A DNA stretch of 64,000 nucleotides from contig CBDBBG010000062.1 of assembly GCA_965202585.1 (NCBI GenBank), positions 1-64,000 on the forward strand, in the 5' to 3' direction. The position numbers and the translations under genes were made by a program. The stretch's first letter is position 1. The number at the start of each line of letters is the position of its first letter. The DNA is from Thalia democratica (lineage: Eukaryota). Under the pieces are notes generated by a model that did no database searches, was not told the DNA's origin, and was given only the letters and a program-made list of their open reading frames with translations. Positions 51,265 to 64,000 of the stretch are shown piece after piece.

Positions 51265-52500
51265 TTATTTTTGACTTTCGTTTTCAACTGTCGATTTTTT
51301 TTCAAAGTCTTTTTTGCAAAGCTGCTTCCAAATATAATTGGTATGTTTCAAATATGCTTTATTGCGAGCTTCTATTTTGTTTAAGTGGACGGCATTACAA
51401 TTTTCTAATATCGGTCTTGCAGTCTCGGAAGGCAGACACAATTTCAAGTTTGCAATTAACTCAGTTTTCGTTGTTAAGAAAGTTATGGAGTCCACTTGAT
51501 TTTGCAGAAAACCTGAATTATCAGTGCTAACTTCTGACGCAAAAGGTAATAATGCAGTTCTTCCTCGTTTTCTAGAAGTAGAATAGTTTATAAATTCTTC
51601 GTCACTTGTCAAAATTACATCTTGTGAAGTATGCGCTGTCATTACTGGTTTCTTGCTTTTTACATAGTTGACAAGTTGGTACAGCCTTTCTTTAACATCA
51701 AGACTTCCGTCTACTACTGTTGGAGACATTTTCCTTTTGTTGCCTTTTGGTTGATTATTATTTAACGCTTCTCCAAAACTAGTTTGTTTAAAAGCTATAA
51801 TTTTTTAGCGTTAAGTTTAACTTCTTTCTTGCTTGTTGGGTTTTCAGCTTGTTTTTTAACTTCTTTATCTTTTAAAGCAGCTGTCGTGATACAATATTTA
51901 TTTTCATTAACTAAGGTTTTCCATTTTCTAATAAGTAGTTTAGTTAGCATCTTATACTCTGCGTGTTTTTTGTGCAGCATACCTACACTCCAACCAATGC
52001 GCGTTTCAGCTAGAATTTCGTATATATATGAAGTTTTGAAAGCTTAACCAAAGTCCTTTTCACAGTTTCATGGTTGTTACAAGATTCCAATCTTTTTTTA
52101 TACTTGCTTACAATTTTCAACAGGTCTTTAGCCATTTTTAATTTTTTTAAATGATGTTTATTCAGATATCTGTAAAACATTTCTCTCTCATCTTCGTCTG
52201 CTAACATTTTAAAAAAGCCGGTTTCAATGTGCTGTGTCATCTCCTACATGCTGGTTCTTTTGACACTATTATCTTTCTTTTTAATTACTGACAGTTTCAT
52301 AATCAAAATTTTGTTGTTTTTTGGCTATTATCTTGAACAGGAATTTTTCAGTGGAAAGAATTTGCATTCCTCACTTGAGGTGGTAATTGCAGGTAGAACT
52401 TCATTTTCAGACCTCCAGAACTTTTTCTGTTTTATCTACTTTCAACTGCTGTGTAAATTGTTGCTCGGTAGAGGGTAGCGTTTTGTTTTTGAGTGAAAAA
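51265..52500 (-). pseudogene. Decayed long ORF containing a TFIIS N-terminal (LW/Med26-type) domain at ~52125-51909
   Basis: LLKIVSKYKKRLESCNNHETVKRTLVKLSKLHI / YEILAETRIGWSVGMLHKKHAEYKMLTKLLIRKWKTLV parallels TFIIS-N (LELLQSTRIGMSVNAIRK..AKSLIKSWKKLL). A frameshift lies in the (TA)n run at 52021-52029. The flanking ORF segments (52240-52010, 51980-51795, 51729-51265) are broken by further stops and shifts. Confidence 0.75.
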
Positions 52501-55500
52501 TAACATAAAATCAATGTATCACTTTTACCAATCCCCTTTGCAATGGTTTTCTCTACCTCCATCACAGTTTTTTATACTCTGTAATAACTTTAGTTTCCTC
52601 TCTCATTGTTAGATTTGTTCTGTAGAAAGTTTGTTACTTAAACTAACTTTTTACAGGTATACTTTTTTGATACATTTACAAGTTAAAAAATGTACGCTTT
52701 TACCTTGACGTAACGCTTGAATACATTCTGCAGGACTTGAAACTTTTTTTTTCTTTAAATTTTTATCGTAAGTCTCTGACAAAATTTCTTTTTATGTTTC
52801 CCTCATCCAGTTTTCTTCAGATGCGTTTGTGGCCCTTAATGTTTTGCACCCTTTCAATCTTACTCCACCCTAAAGAGAAACTAAATCCATACATTTGAAA
52901 TAAGGGACTTAATTAGCTTGGGTGCATAAAACATATTTATACTTCCTGTTCCTTGTGGTAGTTTCCCACGTTTTTAGAAAATACCTGAAGTATAAATAAT
53001 TTAAATTAAACTTTTTCACAACCTTGAAGACTAACTTACAAATATATTTTTTTATTGACTGAATTAAAAAACTGTCTTCACTAGCAGAGTTATCTTCAGC
53101 ATTCATAGCCTGAACATTGTCAACTTAATTTTTTTGGATGTCTTAAGTTTTTTATCTTGAAAAGCTGTTGATTTCGAATAAACTCTGCTCTAGTTGATTT
53201 GTAGCTAAATTTTTACAAATTGCTTGATTTGATAAACCAATTGAAACCATCATTCTAACCAATTGATAAGCATGGTTTTTGTTGCACAACATTTTCTGAT
53301 AATCAAAAAATGCAAATAGGATTACACATCAAAACTTGCCAGAGCTTTATCAAAGTAACAAGTAACTAAAACTTTTCCTTTTCTATTGAGATTTAAACAA
53401 TAAATTTCTAGAGAGCTTCACACTTGAGGAGCCTTTATACAATTAGGACAAAAGTTATATTGAGATGATTACTTAACAATTGTTTCACGCTAAAGCGAAG
53501 ATCACAAGTAAACAAATCAACAAGTTACAATGGACATTCACTTTATATAGTTTTAAATGAGTACTTAGTTGATTAATTGAATTTAAGTAATTTTCATCAA
53601 AATAAATTATCATTAATATAAAGTACAACAATAACAAAAAACAAAATTACATAATGAAAACTAAGGTAGGTAAATTAAACTTAAACTTAGAAAAAAAAAT
53701 ATTTAAAATGTTGTAAAATTTCTACATTTTCCTACCAATTCTGATCTCAAATTTTAAAGTTGTTGCCTGCATATTCAATTTCAAGTCTATCCAAATTGCA
53801 GAGGGTGCAAATTTTACTAGGTCTAATTTGGCTACTACCATGAATAATTTCCCAATTTATTATTTTCCTCCAACTAACATCCACATATCAATTAAGATTT
53901 GACGAATCTTTTCTTTTATTTATGGCATAGTAATATAAAGTTCATAAAATGGTTCTGGATATTATACCTTAAATTATTAGAGTAAGTTGTTATATTAATT
54001 AACTGGTTTTTCTTCGGTACTCCATTAAATAGAGTATTTGTAAGCATTAGCAACAAGGTAAGCCTTGAAAGTGGTTTTACTATTTCTTTTGTTAGGTTTT
54101 ATGCCACTTACTTGTTGACAATATTAAGCAACTTTTATAAATAAGTTGTTTCTAATTAGTCGATGATTAACAATTTTTATTTGATAAACTTTTAGATTTT
54201 TCGTTGTAATTTCTTTGATATTTTGGTCTAAATTTTAAGAATATTTTTAATGATTTAATGAAGAATGTTTTCAACTTCTTTTATTTTATCTGAACCAGGT
54301 GCTGACTTCTGCTGCTGTATATTTTGGAGTTTATCAGCCTAGCTAGTGAATAACAAATTTTTGAGTTTTGCTAACATAGTTCCTATACTCATAAGTAACC
54401 GAATACTCGTGTTTAATGAGTTCCAACTGTCAAAGTCTTAGTAGTATATATACTGTACCTTTGGGATGTATAATGTGTATCTTATTCCTTGAATTACTTT
54501 ACTTTCACAAAAAAAGTATATATTAATTCCATTGGTATTAGACTGTGGAATTAGTGATACTTCACTAGCCGAATTTAATAAAAACAGAGTATTGGATTTT
54601 GAATCAATGATCCTTAAGTAGAAGTGGTTATATTTACTGCTTATTGTTTTTTGTTTTAAAAACCAAGCGTCTCACTTTAATTAATTGTTGTTACAAGTTA
54701 CACTGCTAGTAGATCCTGAATTTTTGTAACTTTGATGTTAAGTGGCTTTGCTACTAGCTTTTTTAAACAACAATAAATTCATATTGTCAGTTAATATTTG
54801 AGTTGGTTTTTATGAGTTGGTATTAGTTGAAACCAATTCATTGAGAAGTTCATCACTCCTATTCTTTCTGCCTTTCATTTAGAATAGGATGGGTCAACCT
54901 AAGGTCGATCACACTTATCGATGTGTTGGTAAGATTTTACGAATTGTTGAATTATCAAAGGCTATATTGAATTTTTAATCATTTCTGAATCAATGATAAA
55001 TACCATTGCGTTTCTGCTTTGTATTTATACTGATACACTCTATGTTCATAATCATGACCTTGGCTATTTAGTTGATAATAACATGTTGATTATTTCTTTT
55101 TTCTTTGATAATTTTTAAATTTTTTGCTGTGGTTTCCCCTATAATTCAAATTGGCAACCTTAACTGTTACATGTTGTTTAACATTGCAAACGTTTTACAG
55201 CTGGTAATTACAAAGTAAATGTTTTTTTTTTTAATATTGCTTATAAACATATATATTTATTTTATTAGTAATTATTAGCAGTATTAAAAATAGTAAAAAC
55301 CTAAAAATGTAATATACTAAATTTACTTTTTTACCATTAACATTTTTAAGTAGCAAAAATGACTATATACATTAACACTTGTTTATAGTACAATTTTAAT
55401 TGACTTTAGAGGCTTAAAATAAAAACTTATATAATAGAATTAAATGAAATAAGAATGATATTCTTTAATTTTACGATCATCAGCGATAAGTCACTAAGTT

Positions 55501-57130
55501 AGAATTTATTTATTGTAAATTTAAGTAATTAGATTACACATCTAACAAGTAAGTTATATAAGTTTTGAACAGCTGAATTATAATGTAGTTTAAATATTTC
55601 TGCAATAGTTTTTAAAGTGCATTAGAATTTGAATTATTTCTTTTGGTAACCTTTTAAAATATAACTGCGTTAGATAAACAAGATATTAAGTTAAGGTTTA
55701 TTATGTTAATGATAAATTTTAAATAAGCAAATTTATTGTTAAAGATTTTATGAGAATGAACTAAGGCTAGTCTATTTGAACCATTTATATAGTTAAACTT
55801 AGTATTTTATTTATTTAAAAAACCTATTATAATTTTTTTGTTAATTTGTTTCTATTTAACAGGATATCTGCAATTTTCTTTGACAAAGAAATCTTTACTG
55901 GTTATTCTACAAAAGATATTGAAAATTTCGTTTCGTTTATACAATTTTTGTGCATTTGAAAATTACTCTTCTTTTTAAGTGTTATAAATTATAAACATTT
56001 TCAAGTAATAAGATGAAATGTCTTTATTATATCTTTTTTTTAATAAATTGATGATTAAAATATTTGGAATATTTGTTACCCATTTATATTGTAATCTTTC
56101 AATTTTTTTTTTGTATTTAAAAATGATTTTGCTTTATAAATAAGTTTAAGTAAGTTACTAAGATTTTTAAAGTGTTTTGATAAAAGATTTATACAACTTT
56201 TTTTTATTAAATTGTAAATTGAATTTTTTATTTCAGCCAATATTTTAATATTAAATAACTAAATAAGCTGTTTACATTTCAATAAATTTAGCAATCTTTT
56301 CTAGTTAAGACAAATAACTATGTAAGTATACTAACAGTATAATCTGTTAAACAAAAATATTAAATTTAATTTTATAATTAATTATTTTATAATAATTTTA
56401 TAATTTCTTTTAAAGCAATCACTGTATGTATGCATTTAATTGTGTATGTTCACTTTATATACTGAAGTCTTGTTGTACTTTATATCTGTTTCTTTAAATG
56501 TTTTTTTTTTCAGTTATCGTTAACAGAAATTAATTTATATTAATCATACATGTTTTTAAAATTTTTTAGTAGTGTTCACAACATAGTTTTAAAATATTAT
56601 AAATTCTTTGTTTTTTGGTTTTAAACTTTAAAAGCAAATTATTAAAAAGTTTTTAGCTAAGTGAAAGATTTAAAATAAAATATGAACATTTTGAGTTTAG
56701 TTTAATTGAGATATTGCTATAGCCCATAGAAAAATTAGGACATTTTGGCTTTTTATATTCCTCTGAATATGCATCAAAACATACATAATATATTTAAATC
56801 AGTCAAAAATTATCTCCGATGAATTAGCATTATTCTTCAGTGTCTTTGTTTTTAATATAATTTTGAGATATAGGGTACTTTATTATTTTCAGTTGTGGTC
56901 TATAATTATGGTCATTTTGCTTAAAGGACATAGGTAAAACTACAAAATATTCATGTAGACTAATTTTAAAACTTAGTTTTTGTTAGTTGTTTGATTTTTG
57001 CTTTGATTGTTTAAAAAACTGAACTAACAAAAAACTTCTTGTATTCAGTGTGTAGGATACAAGTTTAAATAGTTTTTTTTAATTTTAAAGTATTTTTTAT
57101 TTGTAGTAAAACAAATTAAGTTAATTGTAC

Positions 57131-57408
57131 CCTGCGTTTTTTTTCTTCATCATAAATTCTAGAATATCTGGTGTAATTTTCAAATTGTATTTTAATTTTT
57201 CCCCTTTTGTGGTGTGGAAAGTTCTGGCGAAAGGATATCCGGCGAGCGTCAAGATTCCGTGAAGCAGTGCAGGTGCTGCCCCGGATGTTGCGACGTGTCG
57301 ACCAGCCCCGGATGTCAAGGCACCAGCCACTGCGCCACCGACGGACAAGTCGGAAGGCTGTCGTTCGTGTTCCTGGCGAGCGACAGAACTAGCGCTACTT
57401 TCTCCCAA
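57131..57408 (-). other. GC-rich island / possible isolated exon
   Basis: 57205-57405 is about 60% GC by eye in very AT-rich flanks. The minus frame is open for 278 nt between an AG (57409-57410) and a GT (57129-57130). No recognisable protein motif. Confidence 0.35.
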
Positions 57409-58680
57409 CTAATAAGAATACATATAAAAATAAATAAAAGTACTATTTGTTAAAAATTGTTTAGTTATTTTATTTTCCAATTTTCCTTAATACTTTTATC
57501 TCAAATAGAGCAATAAGAGTTTTGATAGCAATTTATATTTTTATATATGTAACTTAACTTCTTTTTTATGAAGTAAGGGTAGTGTTTATCTTTCAACGAA
57601 AATGCAAAGAAAAAGTAGAATGAAGATTATCTTTCAGCATTTTAGAAAAATGAAAAATTTCGATGCAGTATTTCTGTAAAAAATTACGCATAGACCTAGA
57701 TTTTACCATTAAATTTATCCTTTAACAGAATAAGTTTGAATAACTAAGTACTGTAGAAAAAAAAGTTAAAAAATAGCAGTAACTAATAACTACTTTTTAC
57801 TCTAAAAAATATCATGTTAAATTGTATAGACATGTAAAGTGTTAAAGAAAAACAATAAGATTTATACATAGTTTTAACAAATAATAAACCAAAATAAAGC
57901 AAACTTATCAAGAATAAAAAACATGTCAAACTTAAACCTAATTATACTAGTTTATAATTAAAAAGAGAAATTTGTTTTGACAACTAAGGCTAGTTAAGTA
58001 TTTAAGATAATGATAAAAAGGCCTAAACTTAAAAAAAAAGTCTGATGTGTAGGGGTCCTAATATAAGCTTTTAATAATGCAAAATCTAAAGCCAGTGTTC
58101 AACACATAAATAAATTAATTTAATTATTCGCTTGACATTATTATTAGGAAGTTTTTCTATAAAATTTTTAAAATAAATTTAAGTTAGTTTAACTAAAGCC
58201 TAACTCATGTGTCTTTTAGATTACTAAAATTATTTAAACTACATATAAGAAGGGGTTTATAACTTCTGTTATTTTACTTACTGCATATGATAAATAGACA
58301 TTTAAAAAATTATACTAACTTTATAGAATTTTTAGTAAATAAGGTCACCTTAGTTCGGCTTTTCTAAAATAAATTAAAAGAACAAATAGCAAATGGTATT
58401 TAGTGAATCTTTAGTTGTACAATTTTCTAATGCTAAACATTTACAAAAAAATTTAAGAATTAGTATAAAATGTCTCAAGGTGTAAACATAAAGTATCCTA
58501 TAGAATTTTTAGTTAGTTCTTTTAGCTTTACGAGTAACCAAGTTTTTTTAAGTATAGTTTTGAAAATCAAAATTCAAAATATCAATCTTATTTAAACATG
58601 TTTTCATAAATAACTAATATAAAGCTGTTAACAGTGTTATTTTAGTTTTTAGTTCAACAAGGTATACTGAAAATAGGTTT

Positions 58681-58744
58681 GGAGTCAATTTTGCGCGAGG
58701 GGATTTATAAAAGCAAAATTGACCGCTCGTGCAAAAGTGACACC
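58681..58744. mobile_element. Tiny inverted-repeat relic (MITE termini)
   Basis: GGAGTCAATTTTGCGCGAG vs the reverse complement of CTCGTGCAAAAGTGACACC, 16/19 match. No TSD. Confidence 0.5.
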
Positions 58745-59730
58745 GTAAAACAAAATTAAAGTTTCAAGCAAATGTATGTATACATAAAATTTTTGTTTTG
58801 TACTTTTTATAAATAAGTGAAATTAGAACTACAATGAGACAGCTAAAAATAACCAAAGTACATTAATTTTTTTTTGCTTATTAAGGTAGTAAGTAGTTAA
58901 ACAATTATGGTGCAACTATTAGCAGTATGGTTTTAAGTATTTTTGCAGGTTTCTTTTAAATTATATATTTTATTAAACAAGACAAGTAAATGTGTACAAA
59001 AGAACTTTTTAGTATAGTTATAAACAAGATATAGAGCTTTATTTAAACTATCTATCTTATAATGGTAGTTCTTTTGTGAGCTGTTTTGTATGTTTATTAA
59101 TTATATATATTTATAAATTTAAGTGAAAAAAAAAACTTTAGCTTACTATTGATCTATTTAGCTAAAAATTTTTAGTTTGTTTTATATACAGTTTGGTTTA
59201 CTTTATCAAGTTCACTAAAAATATTTATAGAAAATTATAAATTACCTAAACAATAAAAAATATATCCAAAAAAATATTTTTAAATTAATCAATGAAAATT
59301 TTATTTGTTTAGATCAGTTTCGTTCGAACTACTACGCTGTAATGATAACTAGATATTTAATGACTAAAGTAATACGCTTATATATTTATTTAATTTCATG
59401 TTCATAAATTTTGATGAAATCTCTACAATTATGGTAGCAGTAAGCTATAACTGGTTATATCTACATGACTATTAATATTATGACAATATGCATTCCGACA
59501 ATTTTTTTTTAACTTTAAAGGGTTTTATTTCAAAAATATTAGTAATTCAAAAAATACATTAAATAATCATGTAGATGTACTTATATAAGAATGGATTTAA
59601 CAATAAGTATAAAAAATACAAAGTAAAAAATTATTCGGGCGGGATTTCAAATTTCCATAGTTATTACAAGCAAAAGATTGTTCAAACTTTCAATTGTTAC
59701 GTCACAATTGAAATAAGCTACGTTAAAATG

Positions 59731-60149
59731 GGGTGCACGACTATTCAAATTCGGACAATTCAAATTCCGACAACTCAAATTCTTAAAAAGAAATTGAAAG
59801 AGCCACAACTAAAAAAGTAATGTATACTTGTCAAATGTAAAAAATACATGTTTAGGTCCTTATAATATCTACAAGCAAGTTTTTCTTTTTGTAAAACATT
59901 AAGTATTTTTTGAGATATGGCTAAAATAAAGTAAAAAACATAGTTATGTTTAGTAATTTTAAAAAATCTTGAAAAATATTTAACATTTTGCAAAAAATAA
60001 AAAAGTTGCTTGTAGATATTAATAAGATCTACATATGTATTTTTATTTTTCAAGTTTATATTACTTATTGGATATAGTATTTTAAATATTTTTTCAAGAA
60101 TTTGAATTGTCGGAATTTGAGTTGTCCGAATTTGAATTGTCATGTAAAC
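59731..60149. mobile_element. MULE-type MITE with ~55-bp TIRs
   Basis: TIRs are built of (ACAATTCAAATTC(C/G)G) repeats at both ends; perfect 9-bp TSD GTTAAAATG (59722-59730 and 60150-60158). Confidence 0.9.
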
Positions 60150-61204
60150 GTTAAAATGCATCTCAACTTTAAGCTTACTTTATTAATTACATTTTTGCTT
60201 AAGCAATGTTTACTTTGAAAATGTAATAAAACATAAAAAAACTGCATAGAGCTTTTAATATTATTATTGTTGTTTTGTTGATTAAAAAGCTTAACTAAAA
60301 TTTAAATTTTACCTTAAATGCAATTTTGATATTAAAATTTAATTTGTTTAGTTTTTTAAGTAAAAAGACTGTTACATATATTTTTTATATTTATTTAAGC
60401 ACTGACGAAGTCTTTGACCGAAACTTAGTTTGTAAAATAAGTTCTTGAAAGAATAAATTCATAAAAAATACTACAACAAGTTTACTTTACTACTTTTACT
60501 TGTTTACAAAAATATAACTTTTACTTTCAAAAGAATAAAACTAATGTACCGATTCTTGTTTTAGTGTGCATCTAAGTTTTTTTTTTTTTTTTGCTTGGAA
60601 TGAAATTCGATGTAACTTTTAAGTTATTTATATTTAAACATATAAAAAAATAAAATGCAAGGCTTAAAATACTTAAATTAACTTGCGTTCTTTTTTGAAA
60701 TTGTTTTAGTTAGTTTTAGTAGTCTTTAAATCTAAGTTGAGACTAAATTAAAATATTAATTTTGTAGTACAAACTACAAATAAATAATGTATTGCTTTTA
60801 TTGTCAGCAGTTAACTTTTCTTGAAAAATTACAATGTCATCAAACTCTCTTTTTAAAAAGTTGTTGCATCAACAGCGAATAATTAAATTGGGTATTCGGA
60901 CCTTGTAAAATAAACACTATGAAAAGCAAAATAAAAATAGAAAGGTAAGTCGAAAAAACAAAACTAAAATTAAATAGTTTGTTCCCTAAATTTTTATGTT
61001 AATAAACTTTATTATATATATATAACCTGAATTGTCCGAATTTTCATGCTTTTAAATTTTATTATATAGTTCTTTTTTTACTTAAAGTGGTTTAGTTTGA
61101 TTTAGTTTTTTTTTACTTTTATGTTGAACACTTTTTATTAACCTTGAAGTTTTAGTTTCACGCTGTAGAGTGTACAACAATGGTTAAAATAGCCAATAGT
61201 TTAA

Positions 61205-62030
61205 TGGGCCTTTGATTTTAACGCACTTATGTTACTTTCTGAAAACAGTGAATTTTTAAGTATCATTTGAAGTTTGTGAATGAAACAGGATTAATAAAAT
61301 CAGCATGCTTGTTTTCGAGTTTAATGAATTGTCGCGCAGAAAACGTTAATGTGATTCATATTTATACCCAAATTTTCAAGCATCCTTTTATGTTTTTACA
61401 AATATTAAAACCAGTGTGAGAATCTTCTTTTTTCCTTACAGTGCAAACCAGTGTTTGTACTCCAATCATTCAACCAATGAGCTGTTAAGAAATATATGGC
61501 GTCTTTGTCTTGGAATTAGCCCATATGTCACTTGTAAATGACAAAAACGAAGCTTTTGATAACTCAGTTTGTATTTCTATCTTCAAACTTTCATAAGTCT
61601 GAGGAAGCATTGTATCAGTGAATTACTCAGTGCTCAGAATAAAGCAACTTGGTTTCAATGCATCCAACAGCTCGAAAGAAGCTTGATCGCTAGTAGTTAA
61701 AAACGGTTGGTTGTCCACAACAATCATGTTCTTATTTTTTTTTTAATTTTGATTGGATTTTTTCCATTATTAACAAGGGCAATAACTCTCAATACTAGCT
61801 TGGATCATTGCTGTTAGCTTCCTTTGTTTTGGAGTTGGGGACGAACTATCGCTGACTGCTTTATTGAATGTTGATGGATTTTTTTACCCTCTAAAATTTC
61901 TCTTTGATAATTCAAATGTTTTAGTAAAGAAGAATTGCTGTATTAATTAGCATTACCTCTTCTAATTAGTTCAAATTGCATAACAAGGGTCTTCCTCACT
62001 TAATTTGAAAAGTTTTGACGCAATTGACAT
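61205..62030 (-). mobile_element. ZBED1/ZBED4-type hAT transposase pseudogene
   Basis: NSSLLKHL, MIVVDNQPF..LLDALKP..FTDTMLPQTYE..LSFTSDIWA..LTAHWL..SHTG.NI..RDNS.N..CFIHKLQM, with many stops and shifts. Confidence 0.88.
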
Positions 62031-62909
62031 TTTTAATTAAGGAGAAATAAACTGAGTATCTGTAAGAATTCAATTATACTAAAATAATATGATTAGTCTT
62101 ATATTTTTGTAGGGTTGCTACTTTCTTTGCCAATGAAACTTTACTGAATCTTCATTTTGAGTCATTTTGTACTGAGTCAGTTTCGTTTACAAAAAAAAAA
62201 ATTAGGTCAGTTAGTGGTTAAGTATATTATTTTTGACTGCAATAAGTTTGAGAACAGTTTATTTAATTTTAAAAGCTTGATACAGTCGTTTGACATTAGT
62301 ATTTGCCATAAGGTTAACTATAGCTCTTCAAATATCATTAAAAAAAGGATTAAAAATATGGAAACTTTATTAATAACTTAACGAAACTGAATCGTAATTA
62401 AAATAGAACAGATAGGTTATTAGTTATGTACTGAAAAATTGAATAAAAAAATAACCTTTTTTATTAACCACAAAACATATTTATTTTTTATTTGATAATT
62501 TGTAACTAAGTAAATTATTACATCTATAAATCAAGTCATTTTTAACACTTTCTTAAACTGTGCATAATTACTTATCGAAAACTTTTATTTAGTTTTTATG
62601 AAGTATGTTTAAAAAATAATAGTTAAAAACAGTTACGTTAGTTTGAGTTAAAAACAGTACCTCAAGTTTTTATTAAACAAATTTTGCTTTTACCTTATTG
62701 GTGATGCCTTTCCAGTGATAATCCGAATATGTACTATTGCATTCGCTACATGCCATTTATCCTTTTTATCTTAAATTTTTTTAGCGTTAGTGTCGCATTT
62801 TTCTTAAAGCGTTGGTTTCTAATTTTTCCAGACCTTGATTTTAGAAGGCAATGAAGTGCTTTAAATGATTCCAAAAATATATTGAATTGCAACTTTTTCT
62901 TATTTAAAG

Positions 62910-63245
62910 CAGGGGTCGGCAGCCTTTTCTAACTCGCGGGCCAATTTTCCTAAAAAAAATTGCTCGCGGGCCGCACTTTTTAGAAAGAAGTCGTCGAGGG
63001 CCGCAGTTATTTAAAAATAAATACAGTAATTAGTAAAAAAACACTATTTTAAACCAAAAATATAACAAAATAAGCAGTTTAGTAGCACCTTAAAGTGTAT
63101 TTATAAAATTAAGATCTTAATTGTATAGTTTTTATTACGAAAACGTTTATTTTTATGTATTTGAAAAGTTTTTTGTTTTTGCTAAAAAGTAGCTCGCAGC
63201 AGGCCGCAGATTTTAGGTTTGAGGGCCTCAGTTTGCCGACCCCTG
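62910..63245. mobile_element. Charlie-type hAT MITE (336 bp)
   Basis: TIRs CAGGGGTCGGCA / TGCCGACCCCTG, perfect 8-bp TSD ATTTAAAG (62902-62909 and 63246-63253), GCGGGCCGC subterminal repeats. Confidence 0.96.
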
Positions 63246-63499
63246 ATTTAAAGCATACTAATGTATTACTGTTAAATCAGTTAAGCTCAACTTTAAAGTT
63301 GTTGTCAAAGTTTTCTTAAACGATGTTGTTCAAACTTTTTAATTAAGTTTCAATATGATTCTAGAACCACTGTCCAACCTGTCTTGGAAGTCTCTTAATA
63401 ATATAAACAACTTTTAATTTATTTTAACCTGGTTTACAAATCGTCTAACTCTGCAATGAGTTGGTTAAATTCTTTGTGATTTGTCATAAAAATTGTTTC

Positions 63500-63660
63500 A
63501 AATTCTTAGTATTTTGATTCTCAGTTCATTATAACTTTTTCCACATATTGGATTTTTAACTAAATGTTCTGAATATTAAGATCTCTGAAGTTCTTTCCAG
63601 AAGTGAACCCCTTTCCCAAGAATGTAGTAGTATTGATATCGACTAAGAGTTCAATAAATT
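63500..63660 (-). repeat. Third partial copy of the 32.3-33.8 kb module
   Basis: ATAACTTTTTCCACATATTGGATTTTTAACTAAATGTTCTGA..TGATATCGACTAAGA.TTCAATAAAT matches 41690-41820. Confidence 0.85.
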
Positions 63661-64000
63661 TCATTATATATGTTCGCATTTCTTACTATATTTAACTTAA
63701 ATCAAATTATTATTACATTTAACGTTATTGATATAAAGTTGGAATACAACTTCGCTTTTGTCTCATAACTTGTTTGAAAATATACTAAACATATGTTATA
63801 ACAAAAATGTGTTAAATGTTAGTACAAAACATTCTGTTTTAAAAACTTGATATAAAAAACATATTAAACAAACTTGATTATTAAAATTGATTTAAAACTT
63901 GATGTTAAGCAAAATTTACACTGAATTGTTAAATAGTTTTATTTTTTATTTGAACGGGTGAAAATAAAAAAGTTGTTCAAAAAAAAAACCAAAAGATGTT

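Noticed and set aside
55861-55960. Possible terminal exon (ISAIFFDKEIFTGYSTKDIENFVSFIQFLCI*)
   Set aside because: No compatible upstream exons or recognisable homology.
57310-57350. tRNA/SINE-like A box (TGGCGCAGTGG) on the minus strand
   Set aside because: The candidate B box is degenerate and only ~23 nt away; no cloverleaf.
59575-60161. ORFs 59575-59820 and 59775-60161 with TTIQIRTxQIPT repeats
   Set aside because: They arise from the repetitive TIRs of the 59731-60149 MITE.

Overview
Very AT-rich (roughly 25% GC by eye) eukaryotic genomic DNA with small exons, GT-AG introns and a dense load of decayed transposons (hAT, Mutator-like, Penelope-like, RTE, R2-like). The mix is compatible with a cnidarian such as Hydra, but that assignment is inference only. 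Layout: (1) 1-4970 is a ~650-bp tandem satellite whose monomer looks partly derived from a MITE that survives intact at 19713-20114. (2) 10422-15267 (minus) is a 16-exon gene for a ~426-aa coiled-coil protein, with one probable homopolymer frameshift. (3) 16-23 kb holds MITEs and a 1.5-kb Mutator-like foldback element with a 9-bp TSD. (4) ~24-53 kb is a graveyard of shuffled, partly mirror-image modules of what looks like one large composite mobile-element family. Besides hAT, MULE, NOF-like and Penelope pieces, it carries decayed chromatin/transcription cargo: an intronless stand-alone p300/CBP (KAT11) acetyltransferase domain, a RING finger, Ulp1-type SUMO protease(s) and a TFIIS-N-terminal domain. 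(5) 53-64 kb holds more MITEs, a ZBED-type hAT relic and an unexplained GC-rich island. The most interesting candidate system is the putative transposon-borne acetyltransferase/deSUMOylase/RING/TFIIS-N toolkit. All protein assignments are from manual translation and remembered motifs; no searches were run.
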